Assembly: GCA_021811315.1 (NCBI GenBank)
Contig: JAJZPF010000001.1
Location: forward strand, 206,153-270,152
Reading direction: 5' to 3'
DNA: 64,000 nt
DNA from: a bacterium
GTDB lineage: Bacteria > Elusimicrobiota > Elusimicrobia > Elusimicrobiales > UBA9959
In this document: positions 28,072 to 38,900 of the stretch, piece by piece
How the letters are laid out: every line of letters starts with the position of its first letter
Position numbering within the stretch: the stretch's first letter is position 1
Position numbers and translations under genes: made by a program
The notes under the pieces: generated by a model
Told to the model about the DNA's origin: nothing
The model's input: only the letters and a program-made list of their open reading frames with translations
Databases searched by the model: none

Positions 28072-29112
28072 ATGGGCTTCTTATACAGGAAATTCGTCCG
28101 CCAGCTTCTCTTTAACCTCAATCCGGAAGTAGTGCATGACGCGGTAATTAAAACGGCCCGCGCGGCTCAGCGCGTGGAATTCGTGAATTCGATGGTTAGG
28201 CTGCTTACAAAGGCCAAAGATTTTCCGCTGACGGTAGCCGGCATGAAATTCCACAACCCGGTAGGATTGGCCGCCGGCTTCGACAAGAATTGCGAGGCCG
28301 CGCGCTTCCTGGCCGGGCTTGGCTTCGGCTTCCTTGAGTTAGGCACGGTAACGCTCCGGCCGCAGCCGGGAAACCCTAAGCCGCGCCTGTTCCGCCTTCG
28401 CGACGACCACGCTATCATCAACCGCATGGGTTTCAATAATGCCGGCGCTTTCGACGCCGCCCGCTCGCTCGAACGGCTGCTGCCTTTGCCAGTGCCGGTG
28501 GGGATAAGCGTCGGAAAGAACGCCGACTGCTCCATCGAAGAGGCCCCGAAGAACTATCTCGAGACCCTGAAGATCATGTACGACTACGGGGACTATTTCG
28601 CGGTGAATATCAGTTCGCCCAATACGCTCCAGCTCCGTTCCCTGCACGGCGCGGAAAAACTGAAGCGCCTGGTTGAGCCGATGCTCGATTTCGCTTCCGG
28701 GCAGAAAAAAGTAAAACCTTTCTTCGTGAAGATCGCGCCGGACCTCGAAGACGCCGACCTCGAGTCCGCCGCCGCCCTGGCCGTGGAGAAAAAATTCGGC
28801 CTGATCGCCACCAATACCACGGTGAAACGCTCCTCGGTCCCGGCTTACTGGCAGTCCTACGAGGGCGGCTTGAGCGGGAAGCCTCTCCGCGCTTTATCTA
28901 ATGCGATGCTCGCCAAAACGGCGGCGCTGGTGAAAGGCAAAGTTCCCCTTATCGGTTCCGGCGGGATCTTCGACGGGGCGACGGCCCTCGAGAAACTTAA
29001 CCTTGGAGCAGACCTGGTGCAGATCTATTCCGGCCTTGTCTATGAAGGCCCCTTCCTGGTGAAAGAGATCCTTGAATACCTTGAAAAGAAACATTGGCAG
29101 CCGCGCAGTTAA
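28072..29112 (+). CDS. pyrD: Dihydroorotate dehydrogenase (quinone), class 2
   Basis: 346-aa ORF. N-terminal membrane-association helix, GLAAGFDKN, LELGTVT, PGNPKPRLFRL, INRMGFNN, GGLSG. Confidence 0.93.
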   Translation: MGFLYRKFVRQLLFNLNPEVVHDAVIKTARAAQRVEFVNSMVRLLTKAKDFPLTVAGMKFHNPVGLAAGFDKNCEAARFLAGLGFGFLELGTVTLRPQPGNPKPRLFRLRDDHAIINRMGFNNAGAFDAARSLERLLPLPVPVGISVGKNADCSIEEAPKNYLETLKIMYDYGDYFAVNISSPNTLQLRSLHGAEKLKRLVEPMLDFASGQKKVKPFFVKIAPDLEDADLESAAALAVEKKFGLIATNTTVKRSSVPAYWQSYEGGLSGKPLRALSNAMLAKTAALVKGKVPLIGSGGIFDGATALEKLNLGADLVQIYSGLVYEGPFLVKEILEYLEKKHWQPRS

Positions 29113-29144
29113 GGTCCTTAGAGGCCGCCCGGGCTAAAGCCGCG

Positions 29145-29185
29145 CCGCCCGCCCTTGCGGCCAAAACCAGGCGGGCGGATTTTAT
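29145..29185 (+). terminator. GC-rich hairpin plus T-run after pyrD
   Basis: ccgcccgcc (29145-29153) pairs with ggcgggcgg (29170-29178), followed by ATTTTATATATAAT. That tail also supplies a -10-like TATAAT for pyrF. Confidence 0.5.
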
Positions 29186-29217
29186 ATATAATTTAGCCGG
29201 CGCCTCCCGCGCCGACT

Positions 29218-29895
29218 ATGCATAAAACCGAACTTATTGTCGCTATCGATACCGATACTCTCAAGTCCGCCGAGCATTTGATAGAAAAGCTCGAGGGCCA
29301 GGTAAAGTATTTCAAGATCGGCTCCGTGCTCTTTACCGCGGCCGGGCCCGCCGCCGTCGACCTGGTGCATAAACACGGCGGAAAAGTTTTCCTGGACCTG
29401 AAGTTCCACGATATCCCAAATACCGTGAAGCACGCCGTAAAGAACGCGGCCGCGATGGGCGTTTACTCGGTCTCCCTGCACCTCTCCGGCGGCGCGGAGA
29501 TGCTGAAGGCCTGCGTCGAGCTTGAAAAGCGCCCGAAGCTTTGGGGCATAAGCGTTCTTACCAGCTTCGACGAATATAACCTTTTCCGTTCCGGCTTCCG
29601 CGGCGGCATCGATAAGACGGTGAAACTGCTCGCTAATCTCGGCCTCGCGAACGGTGCCGACGGCGTGGTCTGCTCGCCGCTCGAGGCGGCCAGGTTCAAG
29701 AGCCAGTTCGAGGGAAAACTTAAATTTATCACGCCCGGCATCAGGCCCGCTTCGCTCGGCGACGACCAGAAGCGCGCCGTCACCCCCGCCGCGGCCCGCG
29801 CGGCCGGCTCCGATTTTATAGTCGTAGGCAGGCCTATCATAGCGGCCAAAGACCCCGCGGCCGCCGCCGCCGACATACTCAAGGACCTTAAATAA
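29218..29895 (+). CDS. pyrF: Orotidine-5'-phosphate decarboxylase
   Basis: 225-aa ORF. LIVAIDT, FKIG, FLDLKFHDIPNTV, VVGRPI. Confidence 0.92.
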   Translation: MHKTELIVAIDTDTLKSAEHLIEKLEGQVKYFKIGSVLFTAAGPAAVDLVHKHGGKVFLDLKFHDIPNTVKHAVKNAAAMGVYSVSLHLSGGAEMLKACVELEKRPKLWGISVLTSFDEYNLFRSGFRGGIDKTVKLLANLGLANGADGVVCSPLEAARFKSQFEGKLKFITPGIRPASLGDDQKRAVTPAAARAAGSDFIVVGRPIIAAKDPAAAAADILKDLK

Positions 29896-30467
29896 TGGAA
29901 GACGCTGAACTGAAAGAATATCTCTCCTCCTCCGGAGCTTTCCTAGAAGGCCATTTTCTTCTTTCTTCCGGCCTGCACAGCCCGAATTACGTGCAGTGCG
30001 CCCAGGCCCTTAAGAATCCCGCCTGGGCGGAAAAAATGGGCGCGGCGCTTGCCGCCGGCTGGAAGGGCCCCAGGCCGGACCTTATCCTTTCCCCGGCCAT
30101 GGGCGGCCTGTTCATCGGCCACGAGGTCGCCAGGGCTTTCGGCGTCGATTTTATTTTTACCGAGCGCGAAAACAATATTATGACCTTGCGCCGCGGTTTT
30201 TCCCTGAAGAAGGGCTCGCGCCTGATAATAGTTGAGGACGTTTTTACCACCGGGAAATCCACCCTGGAAACCGCCGCCGTAGTTTCTTCTTTCGGCGCCG
30301 AAACCATCGGGGCAATGTCGGTGATCAACCGCATGGGCGGAAAAACCCTCCCTTTCCCTTCTTCAAGCCTGCTTAAACTCGACCTGACCGCCTACCAGCC
30401 GGCTGACTGCCCGCTGTGTAAGGCGGGGGTGCCGGTAGTAAAGCCCGGCTCCAGGAAATTTCCGTGA
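29895..30467 (+). CDS. pyrE: Orotate phosphoribosyltransferase
   Basis: 190-aa ORF. PRPP-binding loop LIIVEDVFTTGKS. TAATG overlap with pyrF. Confidence 0.92.
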   Translation: MEDAELKEYLSSSGAFLEGHFLLSSGLHSPNYVQCAQALKNPAWAEKMGAALAAGWKGPRPDLILSPAMGGLFIGHEVARAFGVDFIFTERENNIMTLRRGFSLKKGSRLIIVEDVFTTGKSTLETAAVVSSFGAETIGAMSVINRMGGKTLPFPSSSLLKLDLTAYQPADCPLCKAGVPVVKPGSRKFP

Positions 30468-31270
30468 AAAAACTCCTCGCCGCGCTCCTGGTCTTTTCCA
30501 GCCTGGCCGCGGCGCGCGCCGAGAATTTTAACAAGGATACCCGGGAGTTTTATTCCAAGAACGGAGTTTATACTCTTAAGGCCGGCTATTCGGCGCAAGG
30601 CGGCGGCGGCCGGGCCAGGCTGGAACTTCACGGGGCGGGCGGCAAGAAGATCTCTGTTTTCGAGACCGAGCGGGCGCCTTTCACAGTGACAATTTCCGGC
30701 GACGGGCAGCGGCTTTTCTTTTTTTGCGGCGCCTGGGGGCAGAGCGTAAGCATTTACACCCTTAACGTCCACAGCGCTTCAGGCGAGCTCCTGGCCGGCC
30801 ACCAGGTCCAGATGCAGGGCCCGGCCGGTGAAGATTTTTCAGAGGACTTCTCCGTCTACGCGCTCGGCGCCGACCAGGGCTCAGCCTGGTCCATCCTTGT
30901 CCTGAACGCCGAAACCGGAGAGCTGCTGTGGCGTAAAAAATTCAAAGAGAAGCTTGCGGGGCTTAAACTTTCAGGTTCGGGCGAAAGGCTGCTGGCCCTT
31001 TTTATCACCGGAGAGAACGGCCGCCGCGCCGTAGTTTTCAATAAAGAAGGCAAAGAGCTCTGGAGCAAGGCGCTCGCGACGGGAAACAATCTGGTCCCGA
31101 AGGTTTTCAGCGGCGACGGCTCCGAGTTGGAGATAGTGGAGAGCCGGATGGTTTATGACGAGAAGGACGGCTACTGGCACGACAAGGTGCTGAAGAATCA
31201 TACCTACAGCTTCGCCCCGGACGGCTCGGAAGAGCCGGGTTCGGAGATAGTCGTTAAAAAACACAAATAA
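30464..31270 (+). CDS. Secreted beta-propeller-like hypothetical protein
   Basis: 268-aa ORF with a GTG start overlapping the pyrE stop. Signal peptide. Recurring blade-like S-G-D/S-G-x-x-hydrophobic segments (ISGDGQRLFFF, LSGSGERLLALF, FSGDGSELEIV). Confidence 0.6.
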   Translation: MKKLLAALLVFSSLAAARAENFNKDTREFYSKNGVYTLKAGYSAQGGGGRARLELHGAGGKKISVFETERAPFTVTISGDGQRLFFFCGAWGQSVSIYTLNVHSASGELLAGHQVQMQGPAGEDFSEDFSVYALGADQGSAWSILVLNAETGELLWRKKFKEKLAGLKLSGSGERLLALFITGENGRRAVVFNKEGKELWSKALATGNNLVPKVFSGDGSELEIVESRMVYDEKDGYWHDKVLKNHTYSFAPDGSEEPGSEIVVKKHK

Positions 31271-31289
31271 ACCTCCCGGGCCCGGGAGG
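31262..31289 (-). terminator. Palindromic hairpin terminating the minus-strand giant-protein operon
   Basis: Perfect 18-nt palindrome cctcccgggcccgggagg (31272-31289). On the minus strand it is followed by TTTATTTGTGTTTTTT. Confidence 0.55.
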
Positions 31290-31291
31290 AG

Positions 31292-31975
31292 TCAGACCAG
31301 GAAACTGAGTTTATCGAAAAATAAAAGCGCGCCCGCGGCGGCGAGCAGGCAGCCCGCGGCTATTTCCACGTAGCGCATCGCGGATTTGAAGCGCGCTATC
31401 AGGGTGAAGAATTTGGCCGCGAGCAGGGCGGCCAGCAGAAGCGGCAGCGCCATCCCGGCGGAGTATACAAGAAGGAGCGAGATCCCTTTGGCCGCGGTCC
31501 CGGAGACAGCCGCCATGCCCAGGATCACCGCAAGGATGGGCCCGATGCAGGGCGACCAGCCTAAAGCGAAGGCGAAGCCCATCAGGAAAGAGCCGAGCGG
31601 GCCCTGCACCAGGCCGCGCGTCGAAAAGTGTTTGTCGTAATTCAGGATATTGAGGTTGAAGAGGCCCGCCATATGCGCGCCCATCAGGACCATTACCACG
31701 CCGAAAACTTTTATGAGCGTTTCTTTGTGCGAGGCCAGCAGGTCGCCCAGGGTGGAAGCCGCGGCGCCCATAAGGGCGAAAGCCAGGGTGAAGCCGGCGA
31801 TGAAAATAGCGGCGTTCCCCACGACTTTTCTCGTAACCACTTTCGCGTCGCCTTTCACTATCTCCGAGGCTGAAAATCCGGAAAGCATCGAAAGGTAGGC
31901 CGGCAGAAGAGGAAGAATGCACGGCGAAAAGAAAGACATCAGCCCCGCCCCGAAAGCCGCGATATACTGGGCCAT
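31292..31975 (-). CDS. ccdA: Cytochrome c biogenesis / thiol-disulfide transmembrane reductant transporter CcdA (DsbD family)
   Basis: 227-aa ORF. FSPCILPLLPAYLS and WSPCIGPIL, the two conserved Cys-containing helices. Confidence 0.85.
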   Translation of the reverse strand: MAQYIAAFGAGLMSFFSPCILPLLPAYLSMLSGFSASEIVKGDAKVVTRKVVGNAAIFIAGFTLAFALMGAAASTLGDLLASHKETLIKVFGVVMVLMGAHMAGLFNLNILNYDKHFSTRGLVQGPLGSFLMGFAFALGWSPCIGPILAVILGMAAVSGTAAKGISLLLVYSAGMALPLLLAALLAAKFFTLIARFKSAMRYVEIAAGCLLAAAGALLFFDKLSFLV

Positions 31976-31994
31976 ATTCCTGATCCTTAATAGT

Positions 31995-32969
31995 TTAAAA
32001 TTTCTTCTTCAGCGTTATGCGCTGGGTGCTGCCCAAAGCGCCTTCAGGCGACATCGCATAATCCAGGTCGGCATTCATCAGTTTGATGCCCGCACCCGCG
32101 CTGAATGCGCCTGCTGCGCTTTGGCCCGAGCCACCATTGACACCGCCGCGCAGGCTAAGTCCAGTCATTGTTTCCGGCCCGCCGAACAAGGCGTATTCCG
32201 TGCCCAGGCTATAGGTTGTATTCTTGTCATACACATAACGCCTGGCGTCGAAATTCAGCATAAAACCCGCAACCGGCATAAACATTATACCGGCGCTCAC
32301 GCTTAAAGGCAACTGGTCTCTCTGGGAAATGTATTTAATGCCGGGGCCAAGGTTCTGGACAGCGACACCTACTGATACGGGTAGACCTCTTAAACCGCGT
32401 TTCACACCTATATCCACGGCGTAGCCTGTTCCCTTAACGCCTGCAATGGAACTTTCTATATATTTTACAGACCCGCCCACACTATATCTGCCGTATTGCT
32501 TAGCCAAGGCAAGACTTGCCGCCTGGTCGTAGGCTGAATAGCCGCCGCTTCTGGACCTGGAGGCCGTGCGGCCTTCCATACTGCCGCTGGATAGCCTTGC
32601 GAAACTTAAACCCATTTTCCACTTTGATGACCCCGGCAGTGCGAAACCCGCACCTATAAAGTCATGCACTGTGCCTAAATACAAGGCGCTATGGCTTAAA
32701 GCGGCCTCACCTTTACTCATTGAGGAAAGTCCGGCAGGATTATACGCTATGGCGCTTATTCCCATTGCGGACGCCGCCCCGGCCGAAGACATGGCCCCCG
32801 CCCTTGCGTCCGTGTCTATACGCAGAAACTCGGCGCCGCTTTCAAGCGCCTCACTTATTTTTACAGACGGGGTAAAAACAAACACAAGCGCCGCGCCCAA
32901 TACCCATGGCCTTGAAAGTAAATAGACAATGCGGTTCATCATGTCATGAGGGTTAGTTTTATCTTTCAT
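31995..32969 (-). CDS. PorV/PorQ-family outer-membrane beta-barrel
   Basis: 324-aa ORF. FLRIDTDARAGAMSSAGAA..AIAYNPAGL N-terminal signature, alternating beta-strand pattern, LPLSVSAGI, GTEYAL, DLDYAM near the C-terminus. The Shine-Dalgarno overlaps the stop of the giant gene. Confidence 0.65.
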   Translation of the reverse strand: MKDKTNPHDMMNRIVYLLSRPWVLGAALVFVFTPSVKISEALESGAEFLRIDTDARAGAMSSAGAASAMGISAIAYNPAGLSSMSKGEAALSHSALYLGTVHDFIGAGFALPGSSKWKMGLSFARLSSGSMEGRTASRSRSGGYSAYDQAASLALAKQYGRYSVGGSVKYIESSIAGVKGTGYAVDIGVKRGLRGLPVSVGVAVQNLGPGIKYISQRDQLPLSVSAGIMFMPVAGFMLNFDARRYVYDKNTTYSLGTEYALFGGPETMTGLSLRGGVNGGSGQSAAGAFSAGAGIKLMNADLDYAMSPEGALGSTQRITLKKKF

Positions 32970-32977
32970 AAGCCCTC

Positions 32978-35900
32978 CTATCTTACCACCGCGAACTTTC
33001 CGGTCTTCTTAAGTTTCTGGCCGGCTTTCTGCGCTTCTATGTAGTAAAGGTAGACCCCGGTCGGGATATGGCCGCGCCAGGTGTATTCATAGGCGTAGCT
33101 TAAGCCATTGCCGTCGTCCAGTTCGGCTGGCATCCCCGTAAGCGTGTATTCGTGCGCCGCCCTGCCGCTTACGGTGTAGATGGTTATTTTCACGCTGTCG
33201 GCTAGGCCGGTTTCGATATGAAAGGTGGGGGCCTCACTGCCCTTGGCGGGGTTAGGGAAGACATAGACCTCGCCGAGCCTGAACTCCGGGTCGGCCGCGG
33301 AGGCGAATACCCCGCCCTCGTCGGAAACACGGGTTCTCTTTACCTGTTCTGTGACCGAGACCGCGTAGCTGGCCGCCACCACCTGGTATTGAGAGAAATG
33401 CGGCACATCCGCTTTTACAAGCTTTGCCGAAGCATCCCGGCGTGAAGGCAGAAGTTCCCATGCGCCCGAAGTTTCGTTCCAGTAGGCGATAGCGAGTTTC
33501 TCGGGGGATTTCTCCGCTACATCATAAGGCAGGCTTATAGTCAGCGGCTTATCGAATTTGGAGCCTTCCGGGCCGAATTCATAAGCGGAACCGCGCCTGC
33601 CGAGGCGTCCAGCCTTAGCGGCACGCTCTTTACGCGCTTCGTTTTCTGTTCTGTCGCCATCGATGCTTAGGACATACAGCTCGCAGTCGTCTTTTACCGA
33701 CCCGGCCGGGGCGTCGAAAGCTGCGTGCTTGTGGTGCTCGCCATGGCCGCCGCCGCGGCGGCTTATCTTCTGGGGCCTTATTGTTCTTATTGTGCCCTCG
33801 GCGCTGAATTTTTTTCCATCGGCCAGCACGCCTGAGACAGTGATCTTAACCACGGCGTTCTCCGGCAGCAGCGGCATTACCTTTTCCCTGTCGAATTTAA
33901 CCGTGATCGAGCCGCACTCGATGGAATATTTTTTATGTTCTTTTTCTTTCTTCTCCTGAGCAAAGAGCGGATTCGCCAGCGGCTGGCCGTTGATGGCGCT
34001 AATATTTATAGTTTCGCGCTTGAAGCAGCCGGCAGATGCGGGGTCGATACGCAGCTCCGCGGTTATCGACTCACCTTCGCTCTTCAGGTTCAGGACTTCA
34101 GGTTTAACGTCGAGGCTTATCGAATACGCTGGCGCTGGGCTCGCCCGCAGCAACGCGTACAGCGAGGTATGGTAGATCTCGCCTTCCAAAGTAGCCGAGC
34201 CGTCCGCATTGAAAGTAACCTGCTGATTATAGATGGAGGCGCTGGTCCAGGCCACCGTTACCGTGTCGAAGTAATAGATGGCCACCGTGTTTGTGTCTAT
34301 CTCCGCAGGGTCGAACGTGAACTTAAGTTTTGCCGGTTCCGTGAATACTACGCCGCTCGGCAGCAGTTCATAAAACGCGCTCGACACCGGCGAAAGTCCT
34401 GCATCGGTCATAGCGGCGAACACAGGGGTCGTAGAAGATATAGTTTCTGTAGAAAGAGTGGTAACTGTCAGGTCGGCTCCCGGAGCCGTTACTATTAGAA
34501 GACCGTCATCGCTCGGAACGGGCACGGGGGTAACTTCAAGCAGCGCTTCGGCGCTGAAGATGCCGTAGCGGACCTTGACCCTGGTCTTACCGTATCCCGA
34601 CCCAGTGGCTAGTCCGCCATCGGGGCTGATGGCTGCGACCGTGTCATACGCAACCGACCAGGCCAGCCCGTCGGACGCGTCCAAAGCGCGCTTTGAGGCG
34701 TTGCTATAATTGGCGGAGACAGTGAACTGCTGTGTTTTCCCCTCTTCTACGGTAGCGGTGGAGGGAGCTATCACTATGGAGGTCAATGCGGGGCTTAATG
34801 CGCCTCTGAACCCGGAATCATATAATTCAGCCGACAAGCTGGACGAGCTGCCGTCGGAACCGCCGCAGACCAGCACTTTACCTCCGGGCAAGAGCAGGGC
34901 CGCGGCGTGATAACGCCTGCTCTGGCTCATAGAAGCCGTAATATAGAACGCTTCATCTGCTGGGTCGTAGAGCTCCGCCGAGGAAAGCGTGCTGCCGCTC
35001 GCGTATTCGTCGCCGCCGGCCACAAGCACATTCCCGTCGGGCAGCGAGACCGCGACATGACCGACCAATCTGCCGGCATTCGTGGAGCCCACGTCGGTAA
35101 AGGTCCCGGTAACCGGATCGTATACTTCGGCCACGAAAACCGCCACGCTGCCGTCATAACCGCCGATCACCAGCACTTTGCCGTCCGCCAGCGATACGGT
35201 TTCCACGAACTTACGCGCCCTTTTCATCTGCCCTGTCGTCGGCGCAAATGAGTTGTTAAGAGGATCGTATATCTCGGCCGTTGCCAGGGGTACGCCGTTC
35301 CCGAATCCGCCCACTATCAGCACTTTGCCGTCCGGCAATAATTCGGCGGAATGCAGATATCTGGGCGACGTCATCTCACCTGCCGGCGAGAACGTGCCTG
35401 CGACCGGATCGTACAATTCGGCCGAGGAAACCGGTCCGTTCTCGTCGGACCCGCCGGCTATCAACACCCTGCCGTCGGGCAATAGGGTGGAAGTGTGCGC
35501 ATACCTGCCGACCGCCATAGGGCCGGTTTTCGAGAAACCGAACGTGGATGGGTCGTACAGTTCGGCCAAGGTTATTACCGCGCTGCCGTTTATTCCCCCG
35601 GTCAGCAGCACCCGGCCGTCAGATAGCAGGGTGGCGGCATGGGTTCTGCCCCTGGGCTCGCTCATTGAACCGGTGACGGTAAATACCCCTGTTAGCGGGT
35701 TATATAACTCGGCCGAGGAAAGGATTCCGGAATCGCCGTTGCCGCCGGCGATCAGCGCCATCCCGTCAGGCAGCAAAGTAGCGGTATGAAGATGCCTGGG
35801 TTCCGTCATTGGACCTGTGGCAATAAATCTAGGCACGAACGGCAGAGCAGCGACTGTCAGCGCCGCGTCCGCGCTAAGGCTGCCGGAACTGACCGTGATA

Positions 35901-38900
35901 CGGGCCTGGCCAAAAGACACCCCCGTGGCCAGGCCGTCGGTGGTGATGTAAGCAACCGTCGCGGGGACAACGGACCAGGTCAGCCCGTCCGACACGCCTA
36001 GAACGCGGTTCGTGCCGTCGCTGAAATAACCCGTGGCCGCGTATTGCCGCGTGCCGCCGGGCTCTACGGTGGCGCTGGAGGGGTTTACAGTCATGGATTC
36101 AAGCAATGACGGAGAAGCAAAGCCGAAATTGTACAGTTCAGCCGAGGAACTGGAGGAACTGCCGTCGGAACCGCCGCAGACCAGAACTTTGCCGCCGGGC
36201 AGCAGCAGCGCCGCTGCGTGATAACGCCGGCTCTGGTTCATCGGAACCGTTAATGAAAATGTTTTGGAGGCCGGGTCGTAGACCTCAGCCGAAGAAATGG
36301 TGCCGCCGTCCGCGTACTCGTTGCCGCCGGCTACCAGCACTTCGCCGTTGGGCAGCAGAGTGGTGGTATGGCCGACCGATCTTCCCACATTGGTAAGGCC
36401 TGAGTCGGTAAAGGTCCCGGTAACCGGATCGTATACTTCGGATACCAAAACCGTCGCGCTGCCGTCATAACCGCCGATCACCAGCACTTTGCCGTCCGCC
36501 AATGATGCGGTTTCGACGAACTTACGCGCTCTTTTCATCTGCCCTGTCGTCGGTGCAAATGAGTTATTAAGAGGATCGTATATCTCGGCCGTTGCCAGGG
36601 GTACGCCGTTCCCGAATCCGCCTACTATCAGCACTTTGCCGTCCGGCAATAATTCGGCGGAATGCAGATATCTGGGCGACGTCATCTTACCTGCCGGAGA
36701 GAAAGTGTCTGCGACAGGATCGTACAATTCGGCCGAGGAAACCGGCCCGTTCTCGTCGGACCCGCCGGCTATCAAAACCCTGCCGTCTGACAATAAGGTA
36801 GCGGTGTGCGCGTACCTTCCAGTCGCCAGCGGGCCCGTTACCGAGAACTTGCCCGAGCCCGGGTTGTACAGCTCGGCCAGTGTGATCACAGCGCTGTTAT
36901 TTATACCGCCGGTCAGCAGCACCCGGCCGTCAGACAGCAGGGTGGCGGCATGGGTTCTGCCCCTGGGCTCGCTCATTGAACCGGTGACGGTAAATACCCC
37001 TGTTAGCGGGTTATATAACTCGGCCGAGGAAAGAATTCCCGAACTGCCGTTCCCACCGGCTATAAGCACGGTGCCGTCGGACAGCATGGTGGCGGTATGG
37101 AGATGCCTTGGTTCGGTCATGTCACCCGTGGAGGAAAACGAAGCCGGGACAGGAGTATAAATAAATAAACCTGCGGAAGCGCTAAAGCCGCCCAGACTGA
37201 CCCTGACCTGCGTTCTGCCATATCCGAGGCCGGTTATCAGGCCGTTCTGGTCAGCGGCTGCTACCGTGCTGTGGTCAACAGACCAGAGTGCCCCGTCGGA
37301 GGCGATAATAGTGCGTGTAGTTCCGTCGCTGAAGCTGCCCTGAGCCGTGAATTGCTGGCTGCTTCCGGGTTCCAGGAACACGAGAGGCGGGTTAAGCGTG
37401 AGAGAGGTCAGTTGGACAGGAGGCTTCACTTCAATATATATAGCTTTTCCAGTTTCCGCATTCCTGACATTGTCCACGCTTTGGTAATAAATAGTATAGC
37501 CGCCGACGGGGAGGTTGAACGGACCGGAGTAAAAACTGTTCTCACAGCTTCCCATCCCGTTTATGCCGCCGCTGGCCCATTCACTATACTCGCAGTCCTC
37601 CGGAGAGACGCCCACCAGGAAATAGGTAGTGGCCAGCCCGCTCATTACGCCGTTGGAAATGGTATCCGTCGCCACGAGCGTTATAAAGTCCGCAGTGGTA
37701 GCGTAGACGGTGGCGCTAGGGGCGATAGGGAGTCCGTTCAACTCAAGAGCGGACTCGGGCGGGGTGCTGTCTACGCGCAATTGGGCGAAATTCGTCTCGC
37801 CGAGATTGTCTATTTTGTCTATGGCGTAGTAGTGTATGGCGTGAGCCCCCTCGCCAAGCGGGAAAGGCCCGTCGTAAATCTTCGGCGCTGGTTCCGCGTC
37901 CAACTGATAATATGTGCTGGCCGCGCCGGCCAGGGCGAAAGTGTTGGAAGACCTGTCCTCGGCGGTCAGCTCCACCGGCGAAGAGGAGCTTATATAAACA
38001 GCGCCGTCTTTCTCAAAGGTGTTTTCCACTTTAAAGATCACCACCGGGCCGGCATTGTCGTACATGCTTAGAGGGGCCACCAGCGAGAAAAGCGAGTTGC
38101 TGCCGGAAAGCCTGGTCACGCAGTGGTCCGCGTCGGCCAGGTCCAGGGCGTATTCTTCGTCGGCGGTGCCTACAAGTCTTAGGTCTTCTTGCGTCCCGTT
38201 GTCCAGATAATGCCTGATCCCCAGCTGAACTGCTTCCGATGGAAGCATGCCGCAGGTTTTTATCTTTATGCCGGAATACAAGGCGCCGTCATATTTTATA
38301 TGCAGGGAGCGGTTTAAGCCGGGCGGATAGACGACATAATTTTTGGGCGCAGCCGGCGAGGGGACGCTTTCCATCGTCAGCTTGCTCCCCGGACCCGCGT
38401 TAAGGTTGTAAAAAGTGATAATGGAACCCTCGAAGCCGAATTTGACCCCGGCGGTTGTCGCGGAGGAGTTCCTGACAAAAGCCTCCGCCGGCCCGTTCGC
38501 GAGGGACGCTATGCTCTGGCCGGCAAGCGAAACAGTGCAGGCGTCGTTACAGATATTTTCCCCGTTTATTATATTGCAGATCTTCGGGGTTACGCTGACG
38601 GAGACGTTGCCGTGCAGCCATATCCCGGGTGTTGCAACCACCTGCGGAGTCAGGGAGGCCGAGGTAAGCGCGGCCGAAATTGAAACGCCATCAGGCAGGC
38701 CGTCCTCTATGGGAACGGTGAAAGTGTTCCGCGCCGAAGTTATTGTTATGGCGCAGGGCTCTCCGCTGGCCGTCACTTCCGAAATATAATTGGCCACCAG
38801 GTTGGTCTGCCCCGGAGCCACTTCTCCGCCTGCGGCGGTTTTTATGAACTCAAAGATGGGCTGGGGACTCCCGTTCCGGGCTTTGTCCTGGGCGCTGAAA

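Noticed and set aside
34530-37425. Regular repeats that might be mistaken for a CRISPR array or a satellite.
   Set aside because: The repeat unit is 1,311 nt, in frame, and encodes Big_2 + Kelch domains within one uninterrupted ORF. There is no short repeat/spacer organisation anywhere in the window.
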